DNA of 43,900 bases from Escherichia phage slur05. How positions within the stretch are numbered: position 1 is the first letter of the stretch; the number at the start of each line of letters is the position of its first letter. Location of the stretch: the sequence record NC_028901.1. One strand, given 5' to 3'. Position numbers and translations under genes: made by a program. The notes beneath the pieces were generated by a model. It had not been told where the DNA came from and made no database searches. It was given only the letters and a program-made list of their open reading frames with translations. Shown here in pieces: positions 17,992 to 26,695 of this stretch.

Positions 17992-18717
17992 TCAAGACAA
18001 TGCCTCGACCAGATCCTTACGGTAGATAACCATATCAGACTGCATGGTCAGAGTGGATTGTACCGTTTCCACGTTGTTTACTTCAGCGGACGGAATCTTC
18101 TGGAAAGATACCTTAGCTGGGTAAATACGAATCTCACCTTTGCCGCTTGCTGCCGCTGGGTTAGTGAACTTAATCACAGTGGTTTTCTGTGTGTCGTCCA
18201 GGTCTTCCAGGATTGGGCGGATCGGGTCTTCTTCGTCGTGGGTGAAGGTGTAAGTCTGTACCAACGGGTTTTTCGTGGTGTTCAGACTGATCGCGGTATT
18301 CACCTGCAACGGCTGGAAGGTGGTGGTCTGCTGGTCGCCACCCGACACTGCAACGTTAGTGATAAACGGGAAGTCGATAAAGCTCGACACCTTCACCACT
18401 TCGCCCGGCGTGCCTACGCCGAAAGCGCCGGTAGGGTATTTTGTGACGTCTTGAGTATCGAAGCGCGCCAGCGTCACGTAGTTAGTATCCACTTTACCCA
18501 CGATGAACGCGCGGTTAAGCGCTCGGACCCACGGGGTTTTAGTGAACATAACAACGTCGCCAACAACCAGACCATGCGAAGCCGCGCAGGTAATTACGCA
18601 ACCTTGCGTAAGGTCTGAGATCGACGCGGCGGCGTTGGTAGCTGCCGTAACCGCGATGCCGCTGCCTAATACGGACCCGATCTGGACGCTGGACCCGTTG
18701 GGAAGTTGATAACCCAT
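17992..18717 (-). CDS. Major tail protein
   Basis: 241 aa upstream of the chaperone gene, with strong terminator 17938-17961 downstream. Confidence 0.65.
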   Translation of the reverse strand: MGYQLPNGSSVQIGSVLGSGIAVTAATNAAASISDLTQGCVITCAASHGLVVGDVVMFTKTPWVRALNRAFIVGKVDTNYVTLARFDTQDVTKYPTGAFGVGTPGEVVKVSSFIDFPFITNVAVSGGDQQTTTFQPLQVNTAISLNTTKNPLVQTYTFTHDEEDPIRPILEDLDDTQKTTVIKFTNPAAASGKGEIRIYPAKVSFQKIPSAEVNNVETVQSTLTMQSDMVIYRKDLVEALS

Positions 18718-18777
18718 AATAAAGCTCCTGTTTAGATATACGGTTTAATGATACAGCACGCGCAGAATTGCGCCAAA

Positions 18778-19200
18778 TCAGGCGCAACAGGTGTAGGGTA
18801 CTGTAACCACGATGCGGGCGCGATCAACATCCTCAATCACCGAACTGGTGTATGGCGCGTCTTGAAGCTGGAACGCAGCGCCGGTAAGCCTTACGGCCTG
18901 CCACTTGTCAGACGTCGCGATGGCGTCCGCCAGTTCGCTCGCATACTGTGTGCCAGTGCCCGCAGGAAATACCACAGCGACCTGATACACGCCTGCATAG
19001 ATCCGGCCCTTCTGCTGGAAGCCCACAAACTGGGTCGGGGCCGGAAGCAGATATGGTTCCAGGTAGACACCGCTGCCGTTTGCGTGGTCTCCGCTCACAT
19101 TCTCCCAGTTAACCTTTATCGGGCGCGTGCTAGTGCTCAGGCTTACCGATAACTCTTCTACTACGCTGTTAAGCGCCTTGCGGATTAGAGTATTGCTCAT
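18778..19200 (-). CDS. Tail terminator / tail completion protein (putative)
   Basis: 140 aa immediately upstream of the major tail gene; assigned by position only. Confidence 0.4.
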   Translation of the reverse strand: MSNTLIRKALNSVVEELSVSLSTSTRPIKVNWENVSGDHANGSGVYLEPYLLPAPTQFVGFQQKGRIYAGVYQVAVVFPAGTGTQYASELADAIATSDKWQAVRLTGAAFQLQDAPYTSSVIEDVDRARIVVTVPYTCCA

Positions 19201-19793
19201 TATTTCACCTTCGAATTGATTTCTGCCGCTACGACGCGAACAATCCCCGCGGGCGCTTGTTTACTCCAGCCATACTCGAGTCGCTGCGCATACGGCACAT
19301 TGTTAGTAAACCAGATAGACCCGTATTCACCGGAATCGTAATGCGCCAGCACTTCACGCCCTGCGGCTAATGTTGCCGTTCCGGCCTTGTCCACGCGGTC
19401 AATAGCGCCGACAGCCGGGCGGTCGAACGTAACCTGCCAGTTTCCCCGGAAGCGTCCGCCGGTGTAATTCTTCGCAGCCCAGCCACGCTGGCGGAACGTG
19501 ACGTTGCCGTTTTTAGTTTTGAATGAGATGAGCACACTGGCGTGCTTCTTCTGCCCGCGCTTCAGTTTGCCGCCATTCTTGCGGCGCTGCGCGGCGTTCA
19601 CCTTGTTCGCGTGTTCGCGTGCAAGCGCGTAGGCCTTGTTAATCTTCCACCGGCGTGGGTCGCCTACCGGGGAGATATCAATAAGGCGTCCGAGTATTTG
19701 CATACCGTACGCCCGCACCGCCTTATCGTTGTTCTCCTTCGTCTTATCCACCCACGTAGCAATAGTGGCGGCGAATGAGTAGACTTCAGCCAC
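19200..19793 (-). CDS. HK97 gp10-like head-tail joining protein (putative)
   Basis: C-terminal YAQRLEYGWSKQAPAG resembles the HK97 gp10 family signature; gene order. Confidence 0.45.
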   Translation of the reverse strand: MAEVYSFAATIATWVDKTKENNDKAVRAYGMQILGRLIDISPVGDPRRWKINKAYALAREHANKVNAAQRRKNGGKLKRGQKKHASVLISFKTKNGNVTFRQRGWAAKNYTGGRFRGNWQVTFDRPAVGAIDRVDKAGTATLAAGREVLAHYDSGEYGSIWFTNNVPYAQRLEYGWSKQAPAGIVRVVAAEINSKVK

Positions 19794-19794
19794 G

Positions 19795-20148
19795 TTAGCC
19801 CCTTAGCTGTAGTTGAAACAGCATGGTAGTGCCAGCCGGTTGCAGTGGGTTCGGGTTGACTACCCGGTAGTCAGTGCCGTTCAGGTTAACAAGGTCGCCC
19901 ACCCGCAATTGCTCAACCGCCCGACATAAAAACTTCACATCACCGGCAACGATACGCGTTCCGTCGATCTCGCTAGGCTTGTACTCCTCGCGAAGACCGA
20001 TGACGTCAAACGACGTTGGCGGGATTACCACTTCGTCGCCGTCTACACGGTCAACCGATCCCGGACGCGTAACCGTAACGGTCATGCCGAATTTTTTAAT
20101 CAGCGGATTCACTTTCCGCTTTAATCCTGCGTAATTAAAGCCCGCCAT
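19795..20148 (-). CDS. Head-tail adaptor / head closure protein (putative)
   Basis: 117 aa, position between connector and tail-completion genes. Confidence 0.4.
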   Translation of the reverse strand: MAGFNYAGLKRKVNPLIKKFGMTVTVTRPGSVDRVDGDEVVIPPTSFDVIGLREEYKPSEIDGTRIVAGDVKFLCRAVEQLRVGDLVNLNGTDYRVVNPNPLQPAGTTMLFQLQLRG

Positions 20149-20254
20149 CTTCTTCGCTCTCCTGTGCCGGTTGTACTGGTTCTGGCTCCGGTTCTTGTTC
20201 CGGCGGCTGTTTAGTGTTGGCGGCGATTATCGCCGCGAGTAATGCAGGATTCAT
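20135..20254 (-). CDS. Small Pro/Glu-rich protein (39 aa), hypothetical
   Basis: ATG 4 nt after a GGGGG SD; MNPALLAAIIAANTKQPPEQEPEPEPVQPAQESEEDGGL; overlaps the downstream gene start by 14 nt. Confidence 0.3.
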   Translation of the reverse strand: MNPALLAAIIAANTKQPPEQEPEPEPVQPAQESEEDGGL

Positions 20255-20255
20255 A

Positions 20256-20756
20256 TTACCCCCTGAATACGTCGAAATTGCCTGCGGCGTTGCCGCCAGA
20301 ATCAACCCAGTGCCCTAACAAGCCATCCCACCACGGGAACGACACCCCGCTACCAATCGACGCCGGGTCATATTCCATCGTTATCGGGCCGACCGTTTCG
20401 CGGATAGTCTCTTTACCATCGCCGACCGGAGAAATATCGATCTCGTCCGCCACCAACAGCGCCAGCCGGTAAACAGCTTGCTCAACGGCAACGGGGATTG
20501 ATGCAAAGTCTACGATTTGCCTGGCAGGCACTACCGCCACGACTTCGGTTAGCGTGTCGCGCACCGGCTTACCGTCCGATGGGTAATTGATGCGGGGCCA
20601 TGCGTCTATTCCTGTCTGGTCCGCCGGTTCGCCGATCCAGTTGATGCCGTTAAGGAAGTCATTAACGATGGTAAGGTGTCGCGTTGCATCGCTCAGCGTG
20701 ACTTCAACGCCTCGCGCAGCGGCATAATCAATAAAGGTTTGCGGGTCGCCATACAT
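20256..20756 (-). CDS. Head-tail connector protein (putative)
   Basis: Start refined to ATG 20756 (GGAG RBS); first gene after the capsid terminator. Confidence 0.4.
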   Translation of the reverse strand: MYGDPQTFIDYAAARGVEVTLSDATRHLTIVNDFLNGINWIGEPADQTGIDAWPRINYPSDGKPVRDTLTEVVAVVPARQIVDFASIPVAVEQAVYRLALLVADEIDISPVGDGKETIRETVGPITMEYDPASIGSGVSFPWWDGLLGHWVDSGGNAAGNFDVFRG

Positions 20757-20771
20757 TGTATTCACTCCTAT

Positions 20772-20797
20772 AAAAAAGGCGGGCATAAGCCCGCCCC
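20772..20797 (-). terminator. Rho-independent terminator after the major capsid gene
   Basis: Stem GGCGGGC/GCCCGCC, loop ATAA, followed on the minus strand by a T6 tract. Confidence 0.65.
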
Positions 20798-20814
20798 TTT
20801 GGGATTTGCGCCCG

Positions 20815-21915
20815 TTAAGACGCGGTAGTCGCAGTCAGCGTAACCAGTACGCCAGCCGTTTCCTTGATGTGGCGGGTAGGCACTGCCTGTGCGGCCTGGG
20901 TCTTACGACGGCCTTTAGTATCGCCATCCCCCACAGCGCCAACATCCTGCACGGTTGCCGGTGCGTTGTCTACCTGGCCCTGGTCCAGTTCCCAGTTAGC
21001 GGAAGTGGTGATATCGTCCAGCTTGAACGAGCGCACACCTTCGATCGGGGTACGAGCGGACGCCTTCAGACGGTAGCCTTTAACGGCCACGTTGAAGTCG
21101 AACTCGCCCTGCCACCAGCGTTCGATGTTCTCGTTACCGCCTTTCTCCTGCGCCAGCATATCGAGGCCGTTGGTGGTAACTGCAACCGCGCCAGGAACCA
21201 GACCCAGCATGTTACCAGCGCCCATAGAATCGGCAGCGGCATCGGAGATAATGAATCGACGGCCCAGGCCATCACCCATTACCTGTAGATCGCCAATTGC
21301 GAATACCTGTTCAGCGGAAGGGAGTGCCTGGTACGCAATGAAGTTTGCCCAGGTAACGCCGTCCATAAACCAGGACTTAATCAAAGACGCCTGATCGCCG
21401 AACTTAGAAGCCGCCAGCGGGAAGTCTGCCAGGGTCGGGAAGGTACGACCGCCAACGCCGTCAACGCGCGCCGGTTGGGTGTATTTTGCCGCTGCGTTGC
21501 TTTCGATCGCCGCTTTACTTGCGCCGATACCAGCTTTCAGGTAGTGCAGCATAATCGCTTGAGTAGCCTGTGCCGCAATCTCAGCCGCAACGCTGTTAAC
21601 GTTGGTTTCGATCTTAGCCATCATAGCCTTAGTGATTGCTACCGGACCCACTTTTGCGGAAAGGTTAACCGAGTTGGTCAGCATACGCGCCAGAACTTTC
21701 GCGGTTGCCGGAGTGCCGACAGGGGCGTAGGCGTTACGGTCGGTAACGAGGTTGGCGATCAAGCCTACGGACATTTTCTCAATAACATCCTTCAGCACTT
21801 CACCAGTACCGAGAACAACAGCGCCATTGGCGGCGGCGTTGAAAACGTTCAGGTTGTCGGGGATCATTTGCGTAACCGCGGTAACGAGTTTACGCTGGAA
21901 CACTGTTAAAGACAT
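20815..21915 (-). CDS. Major capsid protein
   Basis: 366 aa directly after the scaffold gene, followed by strong terminator 20772-20797; Ala/Gly/Val-rich composition. Confidence 0.7.
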   Translation of the reverse strand: MSLTVFQRKLVTAVTQMIPDNLNVFNAAANGAVVLGTGEVLKDVIEKMSVGLIANLVTDRNAYAPVGTPATAKVLARMLTNSVNLSAKVGPVAITKAMMAKIETNVNSVAAEIAAQATQAIMLHYLKAGIGASKAAIESNAAAKYTQPARVDGVGGRTFPTLADFPLAASKFGDQASLIKSWFMDGVTWANFIAYQALPSAEQVFAIGDLQVMGDGLGRRFIISDAAADSMGAGNMLGLVPGAVAVTTNGLDMLAQEKGGNENIERWWQGEFDFNVAVKGYRLKASARTPIEGVRSFKLDDITTSANWELDQGQVDNAPATVQDVGAVGDGDTKGRRKTQAAQAVPTRHIKETAGVLVTLTATTAS

Positions 21916-21983
21916 ATCGAAATCCTTTGAGTTGTGAGCATTCGCCCAGTGACGTTAATGTTACCTTAGATTTCCGCGCTAGC

Positions 21984-22010
21984 AAAATCGCCCGCTTTCG
22001 CGGGCGATCT
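21984..22010 (-). terminator. Terminator/attenuator hairpin between scaffold and capsid genes
   Basis: 9 bp stem ATCGCCCGC/GCGGGCGAT with loop TTTC, T4 tract on the minus strand. Confidence 0.45.
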
Positions 22011-22012
22011 GC

Positions 22013-22717
22013 TTACTCGTCGTCGCCCATCTTCGCGATGATATCCCCCGCCTGTTTCGTAAGGTCAGTGATACCGAAGCTATGGCCCATAGTGATTTTC
22101 GACTTCACATCTTCGACAACCTGCGTCGGTTTGCTAGGCGCGCCACCGGCTGGCGTGCCAGCCAGGACGGATGCAAAATCGGCGTTATTACGGAACTCTT
22201 TTTCAAGCTCTTCCATAGTCAGCGCGGACGGTTTGCCATCCTGCAAGACACGCACTTTCAAGCTGCCGTCTTCGCCGTCTTCCAGCGTCAGGCGGTCCAT
22301 TACGTGGCGTTGCATGATGCCCGCATTCTTACCGAATAGCTTCGATGCCAGGTCTTTGGCAGCGCTGCCGATGGTTAGGTCGTGGATCTGCTTGCGGTAG
22401 GCTTCGATTTTTCCCGATGTGTCTGCTTCGTGTTTCGCAAACTTATCTTTCCAGGACTTGTCGATTGCTTCGAGGTCGCCATTTTTGCGCGCTGCGGCTT
22501 CCTCTTTCTCTTTCGCAAGGCGCTCAGCTTCGGCGCGGCGTTCAGCTTCTGCTTTCTTCTCGCTCACCAGCTTCGCGTTGTTGTCTTTCAGACCCTTGAT
22601 TTCCGCCTGTACTTCTTCTGCGGTCATGAAAGTTGATTTATACCCGTCGCCATCGGCAACAAAAAGCGCCTTCATACCTTCCGGCAACGCGTCATATTCT
22701 GCTTTAGTAAGTTTCAT
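22013..22717 (-). CDS. Capsid scaffolding protein
   Basis: Start refined to MKLTKAEYDALPEG (GGGGGAT SD); central charged coiled coil (KKAEAERRAEAERLAKEKEEAAARK); upstream of the capsid gene. Confidence 0.65.
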   Translation of the reverse strand: MKLTKAEYDALPEGMKALFVADGDGYKSTFMTAEEVQAEIKGLKDNNAKLVSEKKAEAERRAEAERLAKEKEEAAARKNGDLEAIDKSWKDKFAKHEADTSGKIEAYRKQIHDLTIGSAAKDLASKLFGKNAGIMQRHVMDRLTLEDGEDGSLKVRVLQDGKPSALTMEELEKEFRNNADFASVLAGTPAGGAPSKPTQVVEDVKSKITMGHSFGITDLTKQAGDIIAKMGDDE

Positions 22718-22807
22718 GCTATCCCCCTGGGATTGTGGCAGAGCAGGCCACCCGCTCGACTTCACGCTTCTAATATTATCAGCGATAAAAATAATCGCAA
22801 AATTCGC

Positions 22808-22836
22808 TTGCAATCCTCGTATTGGTTGCATATATT
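22808..22836 (+). promoter_or_regulatory. Sigma70-like promoter TTGCAA-17-TATATT for moron 22866-23630
   Basis: -35 TTGCAA 22808-22813; spacer contains ATTGGTTGCA; -10 TATATT 22831-22836; second ATTGGTTGCA at 22834-22843. Confidence 0.5.
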
Positions 22837-22865
22837 GGTTGCACACCAACAACGAGGACACACTA

Positions 22866-23630
22866 ATGAGACTGACAAAAGACATTAAAAACCAGATTCT
22901 GGCTAACATCCTGCGCGACCATGAAATCGCGACCGAAGCAAAATCCATCATGATGGACTCTCGCGACTTGGCGTACGCCATTACGCTGGACTGTATGCCG
23001 GAAGGCATTCGCACGTTCGCCGAGTTACGCGCATATATCGCAGAAATCCGCGATAACCAGTCGCAGATGTATGGCGTTAGCGTTTACACCGACAAGGCGA
23101 CGTATAGCTATAACTCCGACCGGCCAAAAGGCATCGGCCGCGTTTATAGCGCCGGATTCGATATCAACGCAGGCGGTAATGTTCGCACCGTATCATTGAG
23201 CGGCGATGGATACCGATACCGCCTGCACCGCGGATACTGGGAAGAGAAATATATGAACAAGCTATCTCCCGATCTCGGTGATATCGTACCGGGGTACGAG
23301 GAAGTTATGCTGGCTTCAGTGTGCGAAGTGGACGAGGACGGAAAATCGCTGCCGATATATCTTCCGCGCGGTCGCGTAGACTACCCGGCGGACCATGATT
23401 TCTGTAAGTGCCTGGATCGCAACGACAAGTCCCGCCGCGAGTTGCGAGCTAAGTATGACGCGTTCAAACTAACCGTTACCGGTGTGCTGGATATGCACAA
23501 TACCGATAAGAAGCTGATCAAGGCGTGGCCTGAAGTGGAACAGTTCATTCCTTACCCGGACAAGCCAAAATCCACGGCGGTGGCGCTGGACGTGAAGACG
23601 TTAAACGAAATCTGCGGTATTCAGCGCTAA
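22866..23630 (+). CDS. Hypothetical protein (254 aa), plus-strand moron inside the head module
   Basis: GAGGA RBS; own promoter TTGCAA-17-TATATT (22808-22836); terminator hairpin 23636-23654; opposite strand to all neighbours. Confidence 0.55.
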   Translation: MRLTKDIKNQILANILRDHEIATEAKSIMMDSRDLAYAITLDCMPEGIRTFAELRAYIAEIRDNQSQMYGVSVYTDKATYSYNSDRPKGIGRVYSAGFDINAGGNVRTVSLSGDGYRYRLHRGYWEEKYMNKLSPDLGDIVPGYEEVMLASVCEVDEDGKSLPIYLPRGRVDYPADHDFCKCLDRNDKSRRELRAKYDAFKLTVTGVLDMHNTDKKLIKAWPEVEQFIPYPDKPKSTAVALDVKTLNEICGIQR

Positions 23631-23635
23631 CAAAA

Positions 23636-23660
23636 GGGGGCCATCACAGCCCCCGAATTA
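23636..23660. terminator. Bidirectional terminator between moron 22866-23630 and the spanin genes
   Basis: Stem GGGGGC/GCCCCC with 7 nt loop; T-rich flanks on both strands. Confidence 0.5.
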
Positions 23661-23874
23661 TTTTCTGCAAATCCAGCACTTGCGCCCTTAGCTTCGCGCC
23701 GCATTCCATATTTTTCACGTCAATCATCAAATCTTCGTCGGGGTCCGCAGACGGGTTATCGAACTTGCACGGCGGTCGCAGTGCCGACTCCGTTAGCGGC
23801 ATCAACGGCACGTTGCTTGATCCGCACGCGCTCAGCATCAAAACTACAATCAGGGCGGTTAGGGCGCGTAACAT
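23644..23874 (-). CDS. Outer-membrane lipoprotein, o-spanin (Rz1-like) candidate
   Basis: MLRALTALIVVLMLSACGSS: signal peptide with lipobox LSAC; Pro-rich mature part with Cys; overlaps the 3' end of the i-spanin candidate in another frame. Confidence 0.55.
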   Translation of the reverse strand: MLRALTALIVVLMLSACGSSNVPLMPLTESALRPPCKFDNPSADPDEDLMIDVKNMECGAKLRAQVLDLQKIIRGL

Positions 23875-24085
23875 ATTTAACAACCTCTTTCGTGATAGTC
23901 CGGTATTCTACGTCGCGGGCTTGTTCGGCCTGCACGGAGCGCTCAATAACTTTAGTTTGCTGCCGTTGGGCTTCTGCTTGCGCTTCTTGCGCCGCCTCCG
24001 CCACTACGCCAGCGCGATAGGAGTCACCTAGCCAGAATCCTACCACCAGACCGATAACCAGCCCAATCGCTGCATACTTAATCAC
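23756..24085 (-). CDS. i-spanin (Rz-like) candidate
   Basis: Probable GTG start after a GGGGG SD; N-terminal transmembrane segment (IKYAAIGLVIGLVVGFWLG) then coiled coil (AEAAQEAQAEAQRQQ); classic overlapped Rz/Rz1 arrangement. Confidence 0.5.
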   Translation of the reverse strand: MIKYAAIGLVIGLVVGFWLGDSYRAGVVAEAAQEAQAEAQRQQTKVIERSVQAEQARDVEYRTITKEVVKYVTRPNRPDCSFDAERVRIKQRAVDAANGVGTATAVQVR

Positions 24086-25181
24086 GCCATAACCCCCGGT
24101 TTTTAAGCTGTGCAATAGTCATTAGTTCGCCAGTATCGGTGAACATCTTCGGCACTTTCACGCCGCGCATAATCTGATCGGCGCGCTGCACCCCATATAA
24201 TTCCTCCAGAATATGGCGCGGCTGGCGCTGCACCCATGAGAAGAAATCAGTCTGCGCGTCGACCTGCTCACTCAGCAATCTGCCTGCGTCAGCCTTCAGT
24301 GCCGGACGCTTACCACTGGGCCAATCTTCCATACCTTTGACTTTCCACGTCTCCGTCGAACGGCAGCAATAATGCAGCTTGCCCGGACCAGCGCCATATT
24401 GTGACCCCGCCACCACTTTCCCGCCGCGCTTTCCTTTGGTGTCGGGGGTAACATCAACCGGATAAAACAGGCGATCGCGTAGCTGGCACATGGGAGAAGT
24501 ATGCGTGTCCAATGTAGCCAACCATTGGCGACCTTCGAGAATATCGTCATTAGCTTTTACCATTAATTCGCGGGCGGTCGCCGCATAGTGGTTGACCGCG
24601 GACTTAACAACGCTTGAGATTGCTTGCGCACTACGACCGCCTAGCGCGCGCCTCACATCCGCGATAATTTCCATCGTCGGCTTGCCCTGGATGAATCCAG
24701 CGCGCACCTGATTGCCGATCTGCGTCCTAGTCCACTCGGAAAGTGAATCAGGCCATTGCATCATGGTGTTTCCCTGGAACGGGTTTTTCATTGCAGTCGC
24801 TGCAATCTGCGCGCCCGTAACTACACCCACCACCTCAACCGCTGGTACAGCGACAGCGGGCTGGATCGCTGCCGTTAGTGTGTCCGCGAGATAATCAGCC
24901 TCGGTGTCGGCGAACTCCTGAAGGCTCTCCGCCAGCACTTTAAACTCGGCGCGCAGTTCCGTTTTGACGGTCTTGTCGATTTGGGTTAACAGTGTGGTAA
25001 GTGCCTTGTTGCTCATGGACTTTTTGCCATCAAGTAACTCGGTCAGCTTACCAAGTAAAGTGGGCCGGAACTTCTCCCACATAGCCAGCACCCTCCGCGC
25101 CTGATCATTGCTCAGGCGCTGGGTGAAGATGTGACGGCGAATCATTCGATCCGCCAAATGTTGATTAATTGTCTTCGCCAT
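24078..25181 (-). CDS. Head morphogenesis protein (SPP1 gp7 / Mu F-like)
   Basis: 367 aa after the portal gene; ATLDTHTSPMC motif characteristic of the gp7/MuF minor head protein family. Confidence 0.65.
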   Translation of the reverse strand: MAKTINQHLADRMIRRHIFTQRLSNDQARRVLAMWEKFRPTLLGKLTELLDGKKSMSNKALTTLLTQIDKTVKTELRAEFKVLAESLQEFADTEADYLADTLTAAIQPAVAVPAVEVVGVVTGAQIAATAMKNPFQGNTMMQWPDSLSEWTRTQIGNQVRAGFIQGKPTMEIIADVRRALGGRSAQAISSVVKSAVNHYAATARELMVKANDDILEGRQWLATLDTHTSPMCQLRDRLFYPVDVTPDTKGKRGGKVVAGSQYGAGPGKLHYCCRSTETWKVKGMEDWPSGKRPALKADAGRLLSEQVDAQTDFFSWVQRQPRHILEELYGVQRADQIMRGVKVPKMFTDTGELMTIAQLKNRGLWRD

Positions 25182-26685
25182 TGTCCGCTACCTTGTCCGG
25201 GTCTTCTTCGGTAGATTCTACCGCATCAGGGGACATTTGAGGCAATGGATTCTGATTTCGCAATTCGTCTTCCACCTGCTCGACGGTTTGCGAGTCGTCG
25301 ATGACACCCTGCGCCATCATCCACTTGATGAAGTCAGCCAGGCGGACCGTACCCGTCTGCACACCCGACATCATCGCGGTCATAAGCTGCGCATCAACCG
25401 TGATTTCGGTGTAGAACTTATTCAGCGTCACACGCTGGTCGGCGGTGTCGCCCGTGAATAGCTGGACGATTTGCAGCGCACGGTTGAAAGCCTTCTCGAC
25501 GTTACCGGCGATCAGTGACAGGATACTGTTATCAGTCTGCGCATCGTAGGCCGCTTCCGTTGCCGTCTTAGGTGCGGTCCCCTTCTCGACCAGGGCCGCG
25601 CCAAGTTTAGCCATTTGCAATTCGCGACGCTCACACAGTGCAACAGACAAGTTGCGCTCCTCCGCCTGGATCAGTTTAGCGTCCATGTTCTGGCCCAGGA
25701 TAACGCCCTTAGTCGCACCGAGGGCAATGCCGCCCTTCAGGTTCTTGTCCGCCCATGATTGGGTCAAGCCCGTCGCAACTAGGGTAGGCTGGCCCACGAT
25801 GTGCGCAATCTCGGCGACGTCCGCTTCGGCGTTGTAGTGCTTAATGTTGATGGATGCGATATCCGCCAGCGGAGCGGCGTCAGGCGTTGCGTTGTTGTCC
25901 ACCGCACCGCACCAGCAAAACGGTAGTTGCGTAAGCGCGTTACCGGCAGCATCCACCAGTGGTACAAGGTCGGTTCGGGTGAAGCCGCGCGGCAAGTCCA
26001 TTTGCACCTCGGACGTGTCCGCGTTGTAGTACCAGCGGCGGGCGTGTGCCGCACCGTTAATCATGCGAAGCTCGGTCCAGATTGTTACTTCGTGGTTTGC
26101 GAAGTCGTCCGGGTCTTCGGTGCTGATTTCGTCCGTTTCCTTCAGCACAATTAGCGTATCGACGCCGTTGGTCTGCCGCCAGTTGATGATCTGTTCTGCC
26201 GTGTACAGGCGGATAAGAGGGCGGTGTGACGCCATCTCGGCGGCTGTCTGCGGAACTACGTTACCCAGTTCATCAAAATGCGCCTGGCGATCGTAGTCCA
26301 CCATAAAGCCCGCACGGCCTGATTGCAGCACTTCCGACATAGCACCGCGCAGGAGTTGCGCCAGTGGCATCCCGCTGCCGTCTACGTCATCAATCAGGTC
26401 AGCCATTGCCCCGGAAAGGTCAATACTCACCGGCTTCGCGAAGGCCACGCCTAACAGTGCGTTAAGGGTTCTGGCGGTGGCGTTCAGGAAGACGGCGCGC
26501 TGCTTATACGCCTTATAACGCGCACGCGATTTAGGGTCGGTGGTGTCGCCGCTTGCTGGGTGTGGCAGGTATAATGGGCCGCACGCCTTCACGGCGCGCT
26601 CCCCTGCTACGCAGTCACGGATCATTTTCCACTCTGGCGCGATGCGCGCATAGAGCGGGTGCTGGTTGTCTACGTTAACGGTCAT
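25165..26685 (-). CDS. Portal protein
   Basis: 506 aa between terminase large subunit and the MuF-like gene; acidic C-terminus. Confidence 0.65.
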   Translation of the reverse strand: MTVNVDNQHPLYARIAPEWKMIRDCVAGERAVKACGPLYLPHPASGDTTDPKSRARYKAYKQRAVFLNATARTLNALLGVAFAKPVSIDLSGAMADLIDDVDGSGMPLAQLLRGAMSEVLQSGRAGFMVDYDRQAHFDELGNVVPQTAAEMASHRPLIRLYTAEQIINWRQTNGVDTLIVLKETDEISTEDPDDFANHEVTIWTELRMINGAAHARRWYYNADTSEVQMDLPRGFTRTDLVPLVDAAGNALTQLPFCWCGAVDNNATPDAAPLADIASINIKHYNAEADVAEIAHIVGQPTLVATGLTQSWADKNLKGGIALGATKGVILGQNMDAKLIQAEERNLSVALCERRELQMAKLGAALVEKGTAPKTATEAAYDAQTDNSILSLIAGNVEKAFNRALQIVQLFTGDTADQRVTLNKFYTEITVDAQLMTAMMSGVQTGTVRLADFIKWMMAQGVIDDSQTVEQVEDELRNQNPLPQMSPDAVESTEEDPDKVADNGEDN

Positions 26686-26695
26686 GGTCGTTTCC

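Noticed and set aside
22419-22865. N-terminal extension of the 403 aa plus-strand ORF 22419-23630
   Set aside because: The extension overlaps the scaffold gene on the opposite strand and is Ser/Ala/Arg-rich low-complexity; a promoter and GAGGA RBS support the internal start at 22866.
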